This document shows, piece after piece, positions 23,601 through 34,990 of a stretch of DNA of 64,000 nt. The notes under the pieces are model-generated. The model saw only the letters and a list, made by a program, of their open reading frames with translations, was not told the DNA's origin and did no database searches. Origin of the DNA: Eutreptiella sp. 'Long Island Sound 2002' (taxonomy: Eukaryota; Protista; Euglenida); contig OZ038379.1 in the NCBI GenBank assembly GCA_964036045.1, positions 18,352,001 to 18,416,000 of the forward strand, written 5' to 3'. Made by a program: the position numbers and the translations under genes. Numbering within the stretch: position 1 is the stretch's first letter; each line of letters begins with the position of its first letter.

Positions 23601-26600
23601 TGCACTGTGCAGGTTGACGCTTTGGTGGTGTTTTGTGATGCAACCCCCCATCCCCCCAGCCCCCATGGGGGAGGAAGCCGTCACTCCATGACTGTTCCCC
23701 TTACCCGGGGGGGGAGGGGAACCGACGCGCAAAAGGGCGGGATTTCGGGAGGCGTGTGCCATAAAGGCTGAAAGAGTATGCCGGCTTGTTCCGGGTGTAT
23801 TTACGTGTTCGCCTTTTGAGGGGTGTCAAGGTGGTGGGGGGGGGCAGGGTAATCCCCTGCACCCACATCGATCCCAACCAAAGAATCGGAGCGCAACATT
23901 CCTCAGGGTTGGCATCATTCACAACAACTCCTGTTGTTTGAAAGGCGTCATCTGCGATTGACCTTTACACATCAAGAAGGAGCAGGGCGCGCTCGGGGCT
24001 ACAACTTGTCTGTACACGTTTCTGCAGAGAAAACGTCCAGTTCCTGAAGATTGAGAATGCGTCTTTTTGCGTCTTTGAGACCCCCCAAGATCCAAAGCAG
24101 ATAGCTGCGTACCACTTGAACGGGGGCAGAAAAAAGTGCTGCTCTGGACCACGAACGCCAGATTGCATTCGCCCTTGGGCCCCCAGCGTCCGTTCTCTAT
24201 GGTACGCTGGATGGAGCACGTGCGGTACATACAGAGCATCGCGGCGCGTGCACGCCCATCACATCACCACGCCCAGCCCACGGCGTCTGCACCATCCCTA
24301 TGCCCGCAATGCCACGCCACCTCCCTGGGTGATTGCAGTGCGCCAGCACAGGTGCAGGGCTCATGGAGGGACCATGAGGGGCGGCGTCTGCAAGCTGGGT
24401 CCTCCCCCATTGGGTTGTGTCGTGCACGGGCACAAATTGTGCTGCATGCACAACCAAATACAAGGGCACGTACACGATACAAGATGGCAATCTATCACCA
24501 TCGATGCAATCGGTACTGCGAACTGGAGATGGGAGAAATGCACTCGCATGCAGAGATGGCGAATGCGTTGCAGGAAGTCAGAATGGGGACTCGGGTTGGT
24601 GGTCGGCCATTCATTGACGACGGTTGGCATTCAAGTGCCGGCGGTTGGGGATGAACTGACGGCGGTTATCGAAGGCAGTTCATCAGGTTGGTGGTCCGAA
24701 AGCGGCACGGACGTTCCAGGAAGCCGGGCCACTAGGGCATATCCTGGTTGTCGCCGCAACATATGACAAGGCGTTTTGTGTTCCTCCTTTGCAGGGCATC
24801 GTCGAGCCGAAGTCGCCAAAAAACTCCTCGTTCAAAAATCAGGTACGAATCCTCCATCGTCCCAAAATCAGACCCCCCCCCGTCCCAAAATCGGACCACC
24901 CCGTCCCAAAATGGGACCCCCCGTCCCAAAATGGAACCCCCTCCGTCCCAAAATACGACCCTCCGTCCCTACATCGAACCCCCTGTCACAAAATGGGACC
25001 CTCCGTCACAAAATGGGACCCCTGCATCCCAAAACTGGGACCCCTCGGTCCTGAAATGGGACCCCTCGGTCCAAAAATGGGACCCCCACCCCCGTCTCAA
25101 AATTGGACCCCACGTCCCAACATGGAATTCCTCCGTCCCAAAATGGCTCCCGCCGTCCCAAAATGCGACCTCTCCGTCCCAAAATGGCACCCCCCCTGTC
25201 CCAAACTGGGGCCCCTCCGTCCCAAAATGGACCCCCCCTGTCCCAAAATGGGACCTCCCGTCCCAAAATGGGACCTCTCGTCCCAAAATGGGACCCCTCG
25301 GTCCAAAAATCGGACTCCCCGTCCCAAATTGGGACCCCCCCCGTTCCATTTTGGGACCCCCCCGTCCCAAAACGGGAACCCTCGGTCCCAAATGGGACGC
25401 CCCCCGTCTCAAAATCGGACCCCATGTCCCAAAATTGCACCCGCCATCCCAAAATTGGACCCCCCCGTCCCAAAATGGTTTCGCTCCGTCCCAAAATGCC
25501 CCCCCCCCCCGTCCCAAAATGGCACCCGCCGTCCCAAAATGGGACGCCCCCTTCCCAAAATCCGACCCCTCTGTCCCAAAATCGCACCCCCCGTCGCAAA
25601 ATGGGAGCCCCCCCCGTCCCAAAATGGCTCCCGCCCTCCCAAATTTGGACTGCTCCGATCCAAAAAGAAGATCCCCCCCGTCCCAAAAAGGGCACCACCC
25701 AGTCCCAAAATGGGACCCCTCCGACCCAAAACGGGACCCCTGCATCCCAAAGTGGGACCCCCCCCGTCCCAAAACCGGACCTCCCATCTCAAAATGTGGG
25801 CCCCCCAGTCCCAAAATGTGCCCCCCCCCCGTCCCAAAATGTGGGCCCCCCGTCCCGAAAATGGCCCCAGAGAATGGGACCCCTGCCGTCCCAATATCGG
25901 AGCCCCCCGTCCCAAAATGGAACCCCGCCGTTCCAAAATGGTTTTCCCTCGTCCCAAAATAGGACCCTGCCGTCCCGGAATAGGACCCCTGCATCCCAAA
26001 ATGGGACCCCGCTGTCCAAAGATGGGACTCCTCGGTCCAAAATCGTTCCAAAATGGGACCCCCCCATCCCAAAATGGGACCCCCGCCAAAAAAACGGGAT
26101 CCCCCTGTCCCAAAAACGGGACCCGCCGTGTCCCAAAGTGGGACCACCCCGTCCCAAAATGTGACCCCCCTGTCCCAAAATGGAACCCCCCGTCCCAAAA
26201 TGTGACCCCCCCGTCCCAAAACGGGACCTCTCCGACCCAAAACCGGACCCCCCGCCCGAAAATGGGACCCCCCCGTCCCAAACGGGACCCCCGTCCGAAA
26301 ATGGGACCCCCCCTCGTCCCAAAACGGGACCCCTCGAACCCAAAACCGGCCCCCCCGTCCCAATATCGGACCCCCGTCCCAAAATGGCACCAGCCGTCCC
26401 AAAACGGGACTCCCCCGTCCCAAAACGGGAGCCCTCCGTCCCAAAGTCTCGTGCGGCGCAACTTGCGTTCAGCTGCCCATGCTGCGCCGCCATTGTCTAG
26501 CCACCAGCTGTGGTGCAGGCATCCCCGCTGGTTTTGAAAGATTGCTGTCAGTGGTGTGACGGGCGGGACCATGTGGGGTTTTGCTTTTTGTCTTCTCCTT

Positions 26601-29401
26601 GCCCCTCAACCCCTTATCCCCTCCCCCCTGCACCCCCCCCCCCCTGGGCAAACCCCCAGTAGCCCCCCGCCCTCCCGCCAATATCCCCCCCCCCCCCCCC
26701 AGTTTTTGACAGATAGCTCGGGAGTGGGTCGCGGCGGGACCAGGTCCACCCGCCCCTCCGTGACCCTGGCGTCCTTCTGAGTGGCCTGCATGCGTTGTCG
26801 TCGCACGCACAGGGCGCAGCCATAGAAGCAGGCCAGTCTTCTCGGATCGGCATTGGCAACGCCAAGAACATTCCGCCCCTCACGTTACCTGAGGTGTGAC
26901 CCCCCGTCCCGAGTGCAGGGGTTGTGTTGGAGGCTGTCTGTTGGTCTCCGTCAGGGCGGTCCCTAAAGGACCGCCCTCTTTGCCGCGTATCGTGTGCCTG
27001 GATGCCTTCTCCACAGCCTTGTGCGCGGCGTTTGGTGGGGCGGGGGGGGGGGGCTTCGTTTGCGTGAAGGACCGCCCCGGTCCCCTGACTGACGATGCGG
27101 TCGAGTGGCTACGATGAAGGGCCGGTAGAGGAGGTGTCGTGGGACAATGCGGCCTGATTTGTGGGTCGGTGGTGCAGGGCTGTCGTCCGGATCATGGGCC
27201 CAGCGGATTCCAATCCGGAACTGCTGCTGTGCGAATGTGTCGTGACGCACGTCGTGACGGAGCAAATCTGGCCCCATGGCCTTCGGCACGGCGACGCCTT
27301 CGCATCCCCTCGCTTTGCCGCCCCTTGTCTACTCCGCCACACACGTCACACAGCCCAGCGCCTCGTGTTGGTGCTTTTTGAGGGAGGAGGCACCGGGGCC
27401 AAAGGGGGAGCCCCGGGTTTCGTGGGGGCGTGTCAACGTGACCGGCGTGTTGTGGCCGGATGGCCCTACAGTGCCTCGTGCAGTGCGCCTCGCAGGTCGC
27501 GTGGATGACAGGGGCCACACGCATCAGAATGCCAAGGCCTTGTCATGGAATGCCCCGGGCACGTGATGTGGCCCAGGAGGCTCAAGTTCGCATGGGGGGT
27601 CCCGGAGGTGCTACGGGGGTCCCCATCCGTTTCTATGTACTCATACTGCCACCAAGCGACGACTCAGGCGTGTCGTCAGGCGTGTCAGACATCGTTGGGG
27701 GTCCCCCAAAATCGCGACCCCTCCGCCAAAACGGGGTTCGAACTGCACGAGTCGAAGGTTCCACTCGACCGGCGCCGGGAGTAAAGCCGCGGCCCCCGAA
27801 CACTCCCCAAGACCCCGTAGTCGAGGGCTCGCACACGGGGGTCTGGCACCGACGGTTGGCAATACGCCCGGTTGTGCGCTAGCGTGTCGGCGAGTGGTCC
27901 TCAGGAATCGGGCCCATGATCGGAATCCCCGTCTCCCCCCCCTCACACACACACCGGTGACCATTCACCTCACCCCGGCTTCCCACGAGCCACCCCCAAC
28001 GGCCCGCTTGCAGAACTGCGAGATCGTGGCAGCATCATCATTTCGGTACGCCGCTGCCAAAGACCCTACACCGAGAACCGACCAGGAGGTACGGCCCCCG
28101 CTGCCTCCGTCGCATGTGGAGATGCACTCTCGCCTCTGCCCCGGTCCCTTGCCCTTGGCCCCTGTCACTCCGTCGTTTTGTTGCTGATGAATTGGAAAGC
28201 ATCTGCACGAAAGGCGCGATGGGGAGTTTGTATGGCGGTGCCATGAGGGCCACACCCAACGTGAGGGCACAAGAGATCAACAGATGGCAACTGCAGCGCA
28301 GGGGCACACTTGGTGGTCCTGGGCTTGGTGGTCACAATCCACACAAGGCTCGTCTCCGGAACTGCACTCTCCTGCATTTTCTGCACTTTTTGACTTGGTG
28401 TCTCATTGCGGGGGTCAAGAGAAAATTGCTTTGTAGCAGTCTCATGCCATAGCTGAGTGTAGCCCCAACGACACGCCACCCGTATTACACACCGTTTGGC
28501 TGCTTTCTGTTTGACACCAACAACATCCATTGGCTCTTCTACTTTGTGTGACCCCACTGACGCCAAGTTGACCCCGCCCCATCCACCAACGCCATGTACA
28601 CGGCGAGGCCGAAGATGGGGCAGGTGCCATTCGTTGTACCATGTCTGCTAGACAAGGGATGGCGCAATTTCTGGCTTTCAGTGTGAAGGGCAGCGTTAGG
28701 GCTCGGCTTGTACCCGGGGAGGAACGCCCCTCCTTCAAACCACAGCAGCAGGGTGAGATTACCTACCACGCCTTTGCACCATGAGCCGGCTGCAGCCTCT
28801 CCTTTGACAAGGCGATGGTGTTGAAACAACCGTATGGGTTACAGGCTTGGGGTTTTGTGGCTTTTCCCAGCGAACAATCAGGATATCGCACTCTTTTGTC
28901 GAGTTCGTTGTCGCTTTTTTGGCATTGCTCTGCATTTTTCATTTGCATTTTGTCGGAAGGTCGGCGATCGCATATCCCCACCCCCTCTGTGCATCAGACC
29001 ATCAGCTGGCCCCTTTCTCAGGCCCATGCTCACCCCTCCCCTCTACATCGACCGGTACCCCTCCACAGACGGAGATATAGGCCAAAAAGACCCATGCGCA
29101 GGGCAGGTCCATTGCCCATACCCATGCCCATGCCGAAGTCCAGACCCTGGTCCATCGCCTTTGGACAATGTCATACCCTACCTACTCATCCCCATGCGCA
29201 TTTCCACGCCCACGCCCATGCTCGTGTCCATCCCGATGCCCATGCACAACAGTGCATTGCTCACCCAGCTCCACAGACCTACTTCCTTGCTCCATTACGG
29301 ACACCCTGAGTAATTTGTGCGCTTGTTGCTGTTCTCGCATGTCCCGTCTTAGGGCACACCTGCCTCCTCCGAACCTCCTCCGAAGCCGGCACAAGCGACG
29401 G
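14685..29401 (+). CDS. Multi-exon gene segment encoding an unidentified Ser/Pro-rich protein (exon chain, incomplete)
   Basis: Candidate exons with pyrimidine-rich AG acceptors, GT donors and compatible phases: 14685-14798 (VCANF..IVLME), 15648-15828, 18413-18627, 19783-19878, 21767-21946, 23243-23350, 24795-24842, 26813-26893, 28014-28088, 29353-29401. Further coding-looking pieces (about 20291-20370, about 24028-24120, about 29021-29107) do not fit the chain without more exons. Confidence 0.55.
16253..17350. repeat. TTACCGC(A)nTTACACG repeat arrays, partly inverted, interrupted by the 84/48-bp module
   Basis: Two reverse copies (GTAATTTTTTTTTTGCGGTAA) at 16256-16340, then forward copies at 16360-16590 and 17200-17350. 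Confidence 0.75.
16806..17147 (+). repeat. 48-bp tandem repeat, about 7 units, most containing GGGGTTAGGG
   Basis: ttagggactc at 16861 and 16909 gives period 48. The translated repeat LGLGTLNPRFVVWPLE is 16 aa. Confidence 0.95.
17808..18262 (+). mobile_element. About 450-bp dispersed repeat, copy 1
   Basis: Direct homolog of 53889-54330 (gggctgtttgcgcaacaggagc to cggaatgtcacacaggggg). A diverged partial copy lies at about 18810-18990. Confidence 0.85.
21361..21678. mobile_element. MITE with imperfect TIRs (TTTCAACTGAGG(G)nGGTCAATA)
   Basis: Left ggctttcaactgagggggtcaatac; right tattgacc(c)ncctcagttgaaaacc. An inverted homolog lies at 54345-54670. Confidence 0.75.
24860..26443. repeat. About 21-bp hairpin minisatellite (C)nGTCCCAAAATGGGA, roughly 70 units, intronic
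   Basis: The unit contains the inverted repeat GTCCCA-AAA-TGGGAC. It lies between candidate exons ending at 24842 and starting at 26813, and explains the long stop-free ORFs here. Confidence 0.95.
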
Positions 29402-29769
29402 GTGCAAATGTCAAACAGACCCCTGCTTCACCCGTGTTCCCTGAGGTCTCCTCTGACCCCCTGCTGTACACTTTGCCCATAAGATACCATACTCTTTTGT
29501 AGCATGTCAGGTGTAAGTCGCTTATTTTTTTTCCGGCGTAAGTCGCGTTTTTTTTTGGCGCAAGTGGAGTGTGGAAGAAAAAACTGTATGGCACGCGGCG
29601 TACGCTTTTTTTTTTGTGATGCGACCAACGCTTAAAAAAAAGGTTACGCGATTTACACTTTTTTGAAAAAAAATTACGCGACCTACGCTTTTTTGTGATG
29701 TGACCTACGCTTTTTTTGGTACGCGACTTACGCTTTTAAAAAAAACTCAAATTACGCAAAAAGCTAACA

Positions 29770-32700
29770 CACTCTCCCCTGCTCTAAAGCGATGGGGACC
29801 CCCCAGACGGTAGGGGTGATGTGGCCAATCTCCCACGTGTGGGCCACTGCTGATTTTGTCCCCCGCTCTGAAGCGTTGGTGACAACCCCCCCAAACGGGA
29901 GGGGCGATGAAGCCAATCTGCCTACGTGTGAGCCAGTTCTGATTATGTCCCTCGCTCTAAAGTGTTGGGGACCCCAGACGGTGACGGGTGATGTAGCCAA
30001 TCTGCCCAATTATGGGCCACTGCTGATTTTGTCCCCCGCTCTGAAGCGTTGGTGACGCCCCCCCCCCCCCCCCAACGGCAGGGGTGATGTAGCCAATCTG
30101 CCTACGTGTGAGCCACTTCTGATTATGTCCCCCGCTCTAAAGCGTTGGGGACCACAGACGGCAGGGGTGATGTAGCCAATCTGCCCATGTGTGGGCCACT
30201 GCTGATTATGTCCCGTGCTCTGAGGCATTGGGCACCCCAAACGGTAGGGCTGATGTAGCCAATCTGCCCACGCTTTAAAACATTGGGGACTTGGTCCCCC
30301 GCTTTGAAGGATTGGGGACAGACACAAGGCACGGTTGATGTAGCCTATCTGCCCACGTGTGGGCCACCGCCGATTTTGTTCCTCTCTCTGAAGCATTGGG
30401 GACCCCCCCCAGCCATAGACGGCAGATGTGATGTAGCCCATCTGCCCATGTGTGGGCCACCGCTGATTTTGTCCCCCGCTCTAAAGTGTTGGGGACCCCC
30501 TAGTTGGCAAGGATGATGTAGCCAATCTGCCCATGTGTGGGCTGCTGCTGATTTTGCCCCCCGCTCCGAAGCACGGGGACCCTAGACGGCAAGAGTGATG
30601 TAGCCAATCTGCCCACGTGTGGGCAACTACTGATTTTGTCCCTCGCTCTGAAGTCCCACGTTTGGGACCTAGACAGCAGGGCTGATCTAGCCTATCTGCC
30701 CACCTGTGGACCACTTCTGATTATGTCCCCCACTCTAAATCATTGGGGACACCCCAGACGGCAGGGGTGATGTAGCCAATCTGCCCACGTGTGGGCCAGT
30801 GTTCATTATGTTTCCCGCTCTGAAGCGTTGTGTACGCCCTAGACGGCAGGGGTGATGTAGCCAATCTAGGCCTCTTCTAATTACGTCCCCCGCTCTAAAG
30901 CATTTTGTACGCCCCAGACGGCAAGGGTGATGCAACCAATCTGCCCACGTGTGGGCCCTGCTGATTTTGTCCCCCGTCCTGAAGCGTTGGGGACCCTAGA
31001 CGGCAAGGATGATGTAGCCAATCTGCCCACGTGTGGGCGACTGCTTATTTTGTCCGCCGCTCTGAAGCGTTGTGTACGCCCCACATGGCGGGGTTGTTGA
31101 AGCCAATCTGCCCATGTGTGGGCCACTGCTGATTTTGTCTTCCGCCGTGAAGCGTTGGGGACGCCTTAGACGGTAGGGGTGATGTAGCCAATCTGCCCAC
31201 GTGTGGGCCACTTCTGATTTTGTCCCTCGCTCTAATGCGTTGGGGCCCCTTTGGCGGCAAGGATGATGTAGCCAATCTGCCCATGTGTGGGCCCCTGCTG
31301 ATTTTGTCCCTCGCTGTGAAGTATTGGGGACCCTAGACGGCAGAGGTGATATAGCCAATCTGCCCACGTGTGTGCGACTGCTGATTTTGTCCCCCGCTCT
31401 GAAGCGTTGTGTACGCCCCAAACGGCAAGGGCGTTGTAGCCAATCCGCCCACCTATGGTCCACTGTTGATGATGTCCCCCGCCCTGAAGCGTTGTGTATG
31501 CCCCAAACGGTAGGGGTGATATAGCCAATCTGCCCACGTGTGGGTCACCTCTGATTATGTCCCGCGCTCTGAAGCATTGTGTACGCCCCAAACGGCAAGG
31601 GTGATGTAGCCAACCTGCCCATGTGCCCATTTCCCCCCCCGCTCTGAAGTGTTGGGGCCTAGACGAAAGGGCCGATGTAGCCAATCAGTGCACATGTGGG
31701 CCTCTTCTGATTGTGTCCCCCGCTGTGAAGCCTTGGGGACCCCCCCCCCCCAAAAAAAAAGCGGCAGGGGTGATGTAGCCAATCTGCCCATGTGTTGGGC
31801 CACTACCAATTATGTCCCCCACTCTGAAGCGTTGGGGACCCCCTCCCCCCCAGGGGTGATGTAGCCAATGTGCCCACCAGTGGGCCACTACCAATTATGT
31901 CCCCCGCTCTAAAGCATTGGAGACCCCACACTGCAAGGGTGATATAGCCAATCTGCCCACGTGTGGGCCACTGCTCATTGTGTCCCCCGCTCTGAATTGT
32001 TGGGGACCCCTAGACGGCAAGGCTGATGTTGCCCATCCGCCCATGTGTGGGCCGGCGCTAATTTTGGCCCCCGCTGTGAAGCGTTGGGGACCCCCCCCCC
32101 CCTCCCGGGACGGCGGGGCTGCCAATTTGCCCACCTGTTGGCCAGTGGCGATTATGTCCCCCGCTCTAAAGCGTTGTGTACGCCCTAGACGGCAGGGCTT
32201 ATTTAGCCAATTAGCTCACCTGTCGGCCACTACTGATTTTGCCCCCCCCCCCCCCCCTGAACTCTGTCGGCCCAAATTTCAGCCACCACAAAGCGAGGGT
32301 GCAGGCCGTGGGCTGGTTCCCCTTGGGGACCAGGAAACAGGGGAGCAGACCTTTTGCTGCCCCTATCCCCCCCAACAGAAATGGGGCCAGACAGAAAGCA
32401 GGCCCGGCACCCCCCCCCCCCCCCCAGCATGCCCTCGCACCCTCACTGCAGGCCGACACATGGTGATCGAGGTCCCTCCCCTCGCGGAAAGGGGGCGGAC
32501 ACCGAACGACGAGTATGTTGGGATCTGGGACCCGCATGGTAACCCAGCAGGTGGTCCTCCTCTCCCAAACAAGTGAGCACCACGAGCCAATGAACGGATA
32601 GGTAGACCCATCCACCACTCAACCCCCCGCCCCCCCACACTGCGCCCCCGACGGGAGGGGTGCACGGAGTCGGCGCCCTCAGGGTCTGAAAAGTGGAGGC

Positions 32701-33820
32701 TGTGAAGGGCTCACAGCTTGACCGCTGTGGGTATCCCTTGAGCGGCCGGGCCAGGGAACCTCCAGGTGTGCGCGCGCCCCTCCAACTTCATCACAGACGC
32801 CTAGGCCAGCACAGCCCCGTGCACTCCGGTGCAGTTGTGGGCGACCCCTGGAGGCCAGACAGCCACCTGCCGACCCCTGCCCCCCCCCTCCTTCCCAAAG
32901 GGAGCGGTCACTTGGGTGGTGTGCCCTCTGGGCCCCCCTGCTTACGTGGACAGTAGCACCGCCACTCGGGTGAACAACCCGGGCAGGCCCGGGGGCAGGG
33001 CAGCGCTTAGCGAGCCCCGGGGCCCCTCCAACCGTGCAGCCAATCCACCGTGGGATGCCACTAAGCCCTGAGCAGCACCACCTGTGCCAACGCAGTCAAG
33101 GAGTGCGGGCGGCCCCCAGTCGAGTGCAAGGCTTAGCTGCCCCCGTGCCCCAGGCAGTCGTGGGGTGGCCAGCGGCATGTCAGTTGACCTGGAGGAGGCG
33201 TGTCCAGGCCGATGACTCCCCCGGCGGGCTTAGCGTGAGGCGCCCACTGCCTCCCTGCCGGCGCCTGGAGCACCAGGCGACAAACCACCCCACACACACA
33301 TTGCCCCCCCCCAGTCGAGTCGCACAGGGACAGTTGCGCTGACCGTGGGCCTGGTCGCCTGGGGGAGGCGTTGACCCAAACCAAACCAAACCCCCCCTTG
33401 AAGCATTGGGGACCCCCCCGCCCCCAGACGGCAGGGGTGATGTAGCCAATCTACCCACGTGTGTGTCACTGCTGATTTTGGCACCCGCTCTAAATCGTTG
33501 GGGACCACGAACGGCAGGGGTGATGTAGCCAATCTGCCCACGTGTGTGTCACTGCTGATTCCGTCCCCCGCTCTGAATTGTTGGGGACCCCCTAGACGGC
33601 AAGGTTGATGTAGCCAATCTGCCCATGTGTGGGCCACTGCTCATTTTGTCCCCCGCTGTGAAGCGTTGGGGACCCATTAGACGGCAGGGGTGATGTAGCC
33701 AATGTGCCCACCTGTGGGCCACTGCGGATAGTGTCCGCCGCTCTGAAGCATTGTGTACGCCCCAGACGGCATGGGTGTTGTAGCCAATCTGCCCACATGT
33801 GGGCCCCTGCTAATTTTGTC
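29770..33820 (+). repeat. About 84-bp satellite, about 29 units (29770-32235) plus 5 units (33400-33820)
   Basis: Consensus GACGGCAGGGGTGATGTAGCCAATCTGCCCACGTGTGGGCCACTGCTGATTTTGTCCCCCGCTCTGAAGCGTTGGGGACCCCTA, counted by eye via the gatgtagcc anchor. Confidence 0.95.
32262..33390 (+). mobile_element. About 1.13-kb insertion into the satellite with a (CCAAA)n-like tail
   Basis: Interrupts one unit in its poly-C run, with CCCC(T)TGAA on both sides (possible TSD). Ends in cccaaaccaaaccaaa at 33375-33390. Confidence 0.55.
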
Positions 33821-34629
33821 CCCTTGACTTGGGGTGATTGGCTCCCATGCTTTGGTGTGGCCCCTTGACTTGAGGTGATGGACTCCCACGCTTTGGCATG
33901 CCCCCTTGAGTTGGGTTGATGTACTCCCACGCTTTGCTCTGCTTGGCCATAGTCGAGTGCCCTATGCGAGGCGGCTTTCCAGCTGATGAGGATGCGTGGT
34001 TGTACAACAAGTGGAAAACAGAGGTTGACGTGGATTCCCTCCTTCAAGCCACCTGGTGCCCTGGTCCTTTTGAGGATGAGGTGGACACATACGAGGCTTT
34101 GGTACTAGCTGGTAGGGTGAGTGAGTTTTTAAATGAGGCGCCCTCCTTGTTTGGTCAGGAGGACTTCCTGCCCAGAGTAGGCGAGCCGTCGGCCGCCGGC
34201 ATTTCCGAGGAGGAGGATACTGCTATCCCTGTGAGTGTAGCACGGAAGTTTACCCGTCACAGGTCTGTCGATGAAACCAAGCCTCTTGTCGTGGGATGGT
34301 GGAAAGAAAGAAATAACGTGGAGCACACCCATATGAGGTGTACATCATGACCGCAAACGAAAAATGCAACTTGCCCTTCGGCCTTTGGCAAGCAGAAGGG
34401 CAAGCGGTATCAAAATGATGATATTGCTGCCGGCACCGACGGCTACGAAGCTCAAGCGAGCGATACTACCTGAGTCCGGTCACTCCGGGCCAATTACATT
34501 CTTCGCATGCGACCATAATGGCTCGGAGCCAATCACAAGAAGTCAGCAAACACACGCTTGTAAATCAAATCACACTTCATGTGTGCCGACACCTGCCATG
34601 GTAGGTGTTAGCTTCAGGTATGCTTGGAA

Positions 34630-34990
34630 CCCTGTGACGGCAGGGTTATGTAGCTACTTTGATGTCTCCCCTCTTTGGGGACTCTGGGACAGCACGGGTT
34701 ATGTAGCCATTTTGATTCCCCCTCACTCTGGGATACGAGATGGCAGGGGTCATGTAGCCATTTTGATGTCCCCTTTCTTTGGGGATCCTGAGACGGCAAG
34801 GTTATGTAGCCAGTTTGATTTCGCTGCTATCTAGGAATCTAAGACGACCAGGGTCATGTTGCTATTTTCATTCCTCTCTAGTTTGGGATCTTGGTTAGGC
34901 AGCGAGATGCAACCATTATGATTCCTTCCTCCTTTGTGACCCCAAGCTAGTAGGGTTATGCAGTCATTTTCACCCTCCCCGCTTCAGGCG
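34630..34990 (+). repeat. Degenerate tandem repeat of about 50 bp related to the 84-bp satellite
   Basis: GACGGCAGGGTTATGTAGC(C)A.TTTGAT recurs and matches the first part of the 84-bp unit. Confidence 0.7.

Noticed and set aside
24748-26572. Several 230-580 aa ORFs on both strands
   Set aside because: They are by-products of a stop-poor minisatellite of about 21 bp; the translations are pure repeat.
29770-33820. Regular repeat array as a CRISPR locus
   Set aside because: The whole unit repeats with only small variation, there are no unique spacers or cas genes, and the context is eukaryotic.
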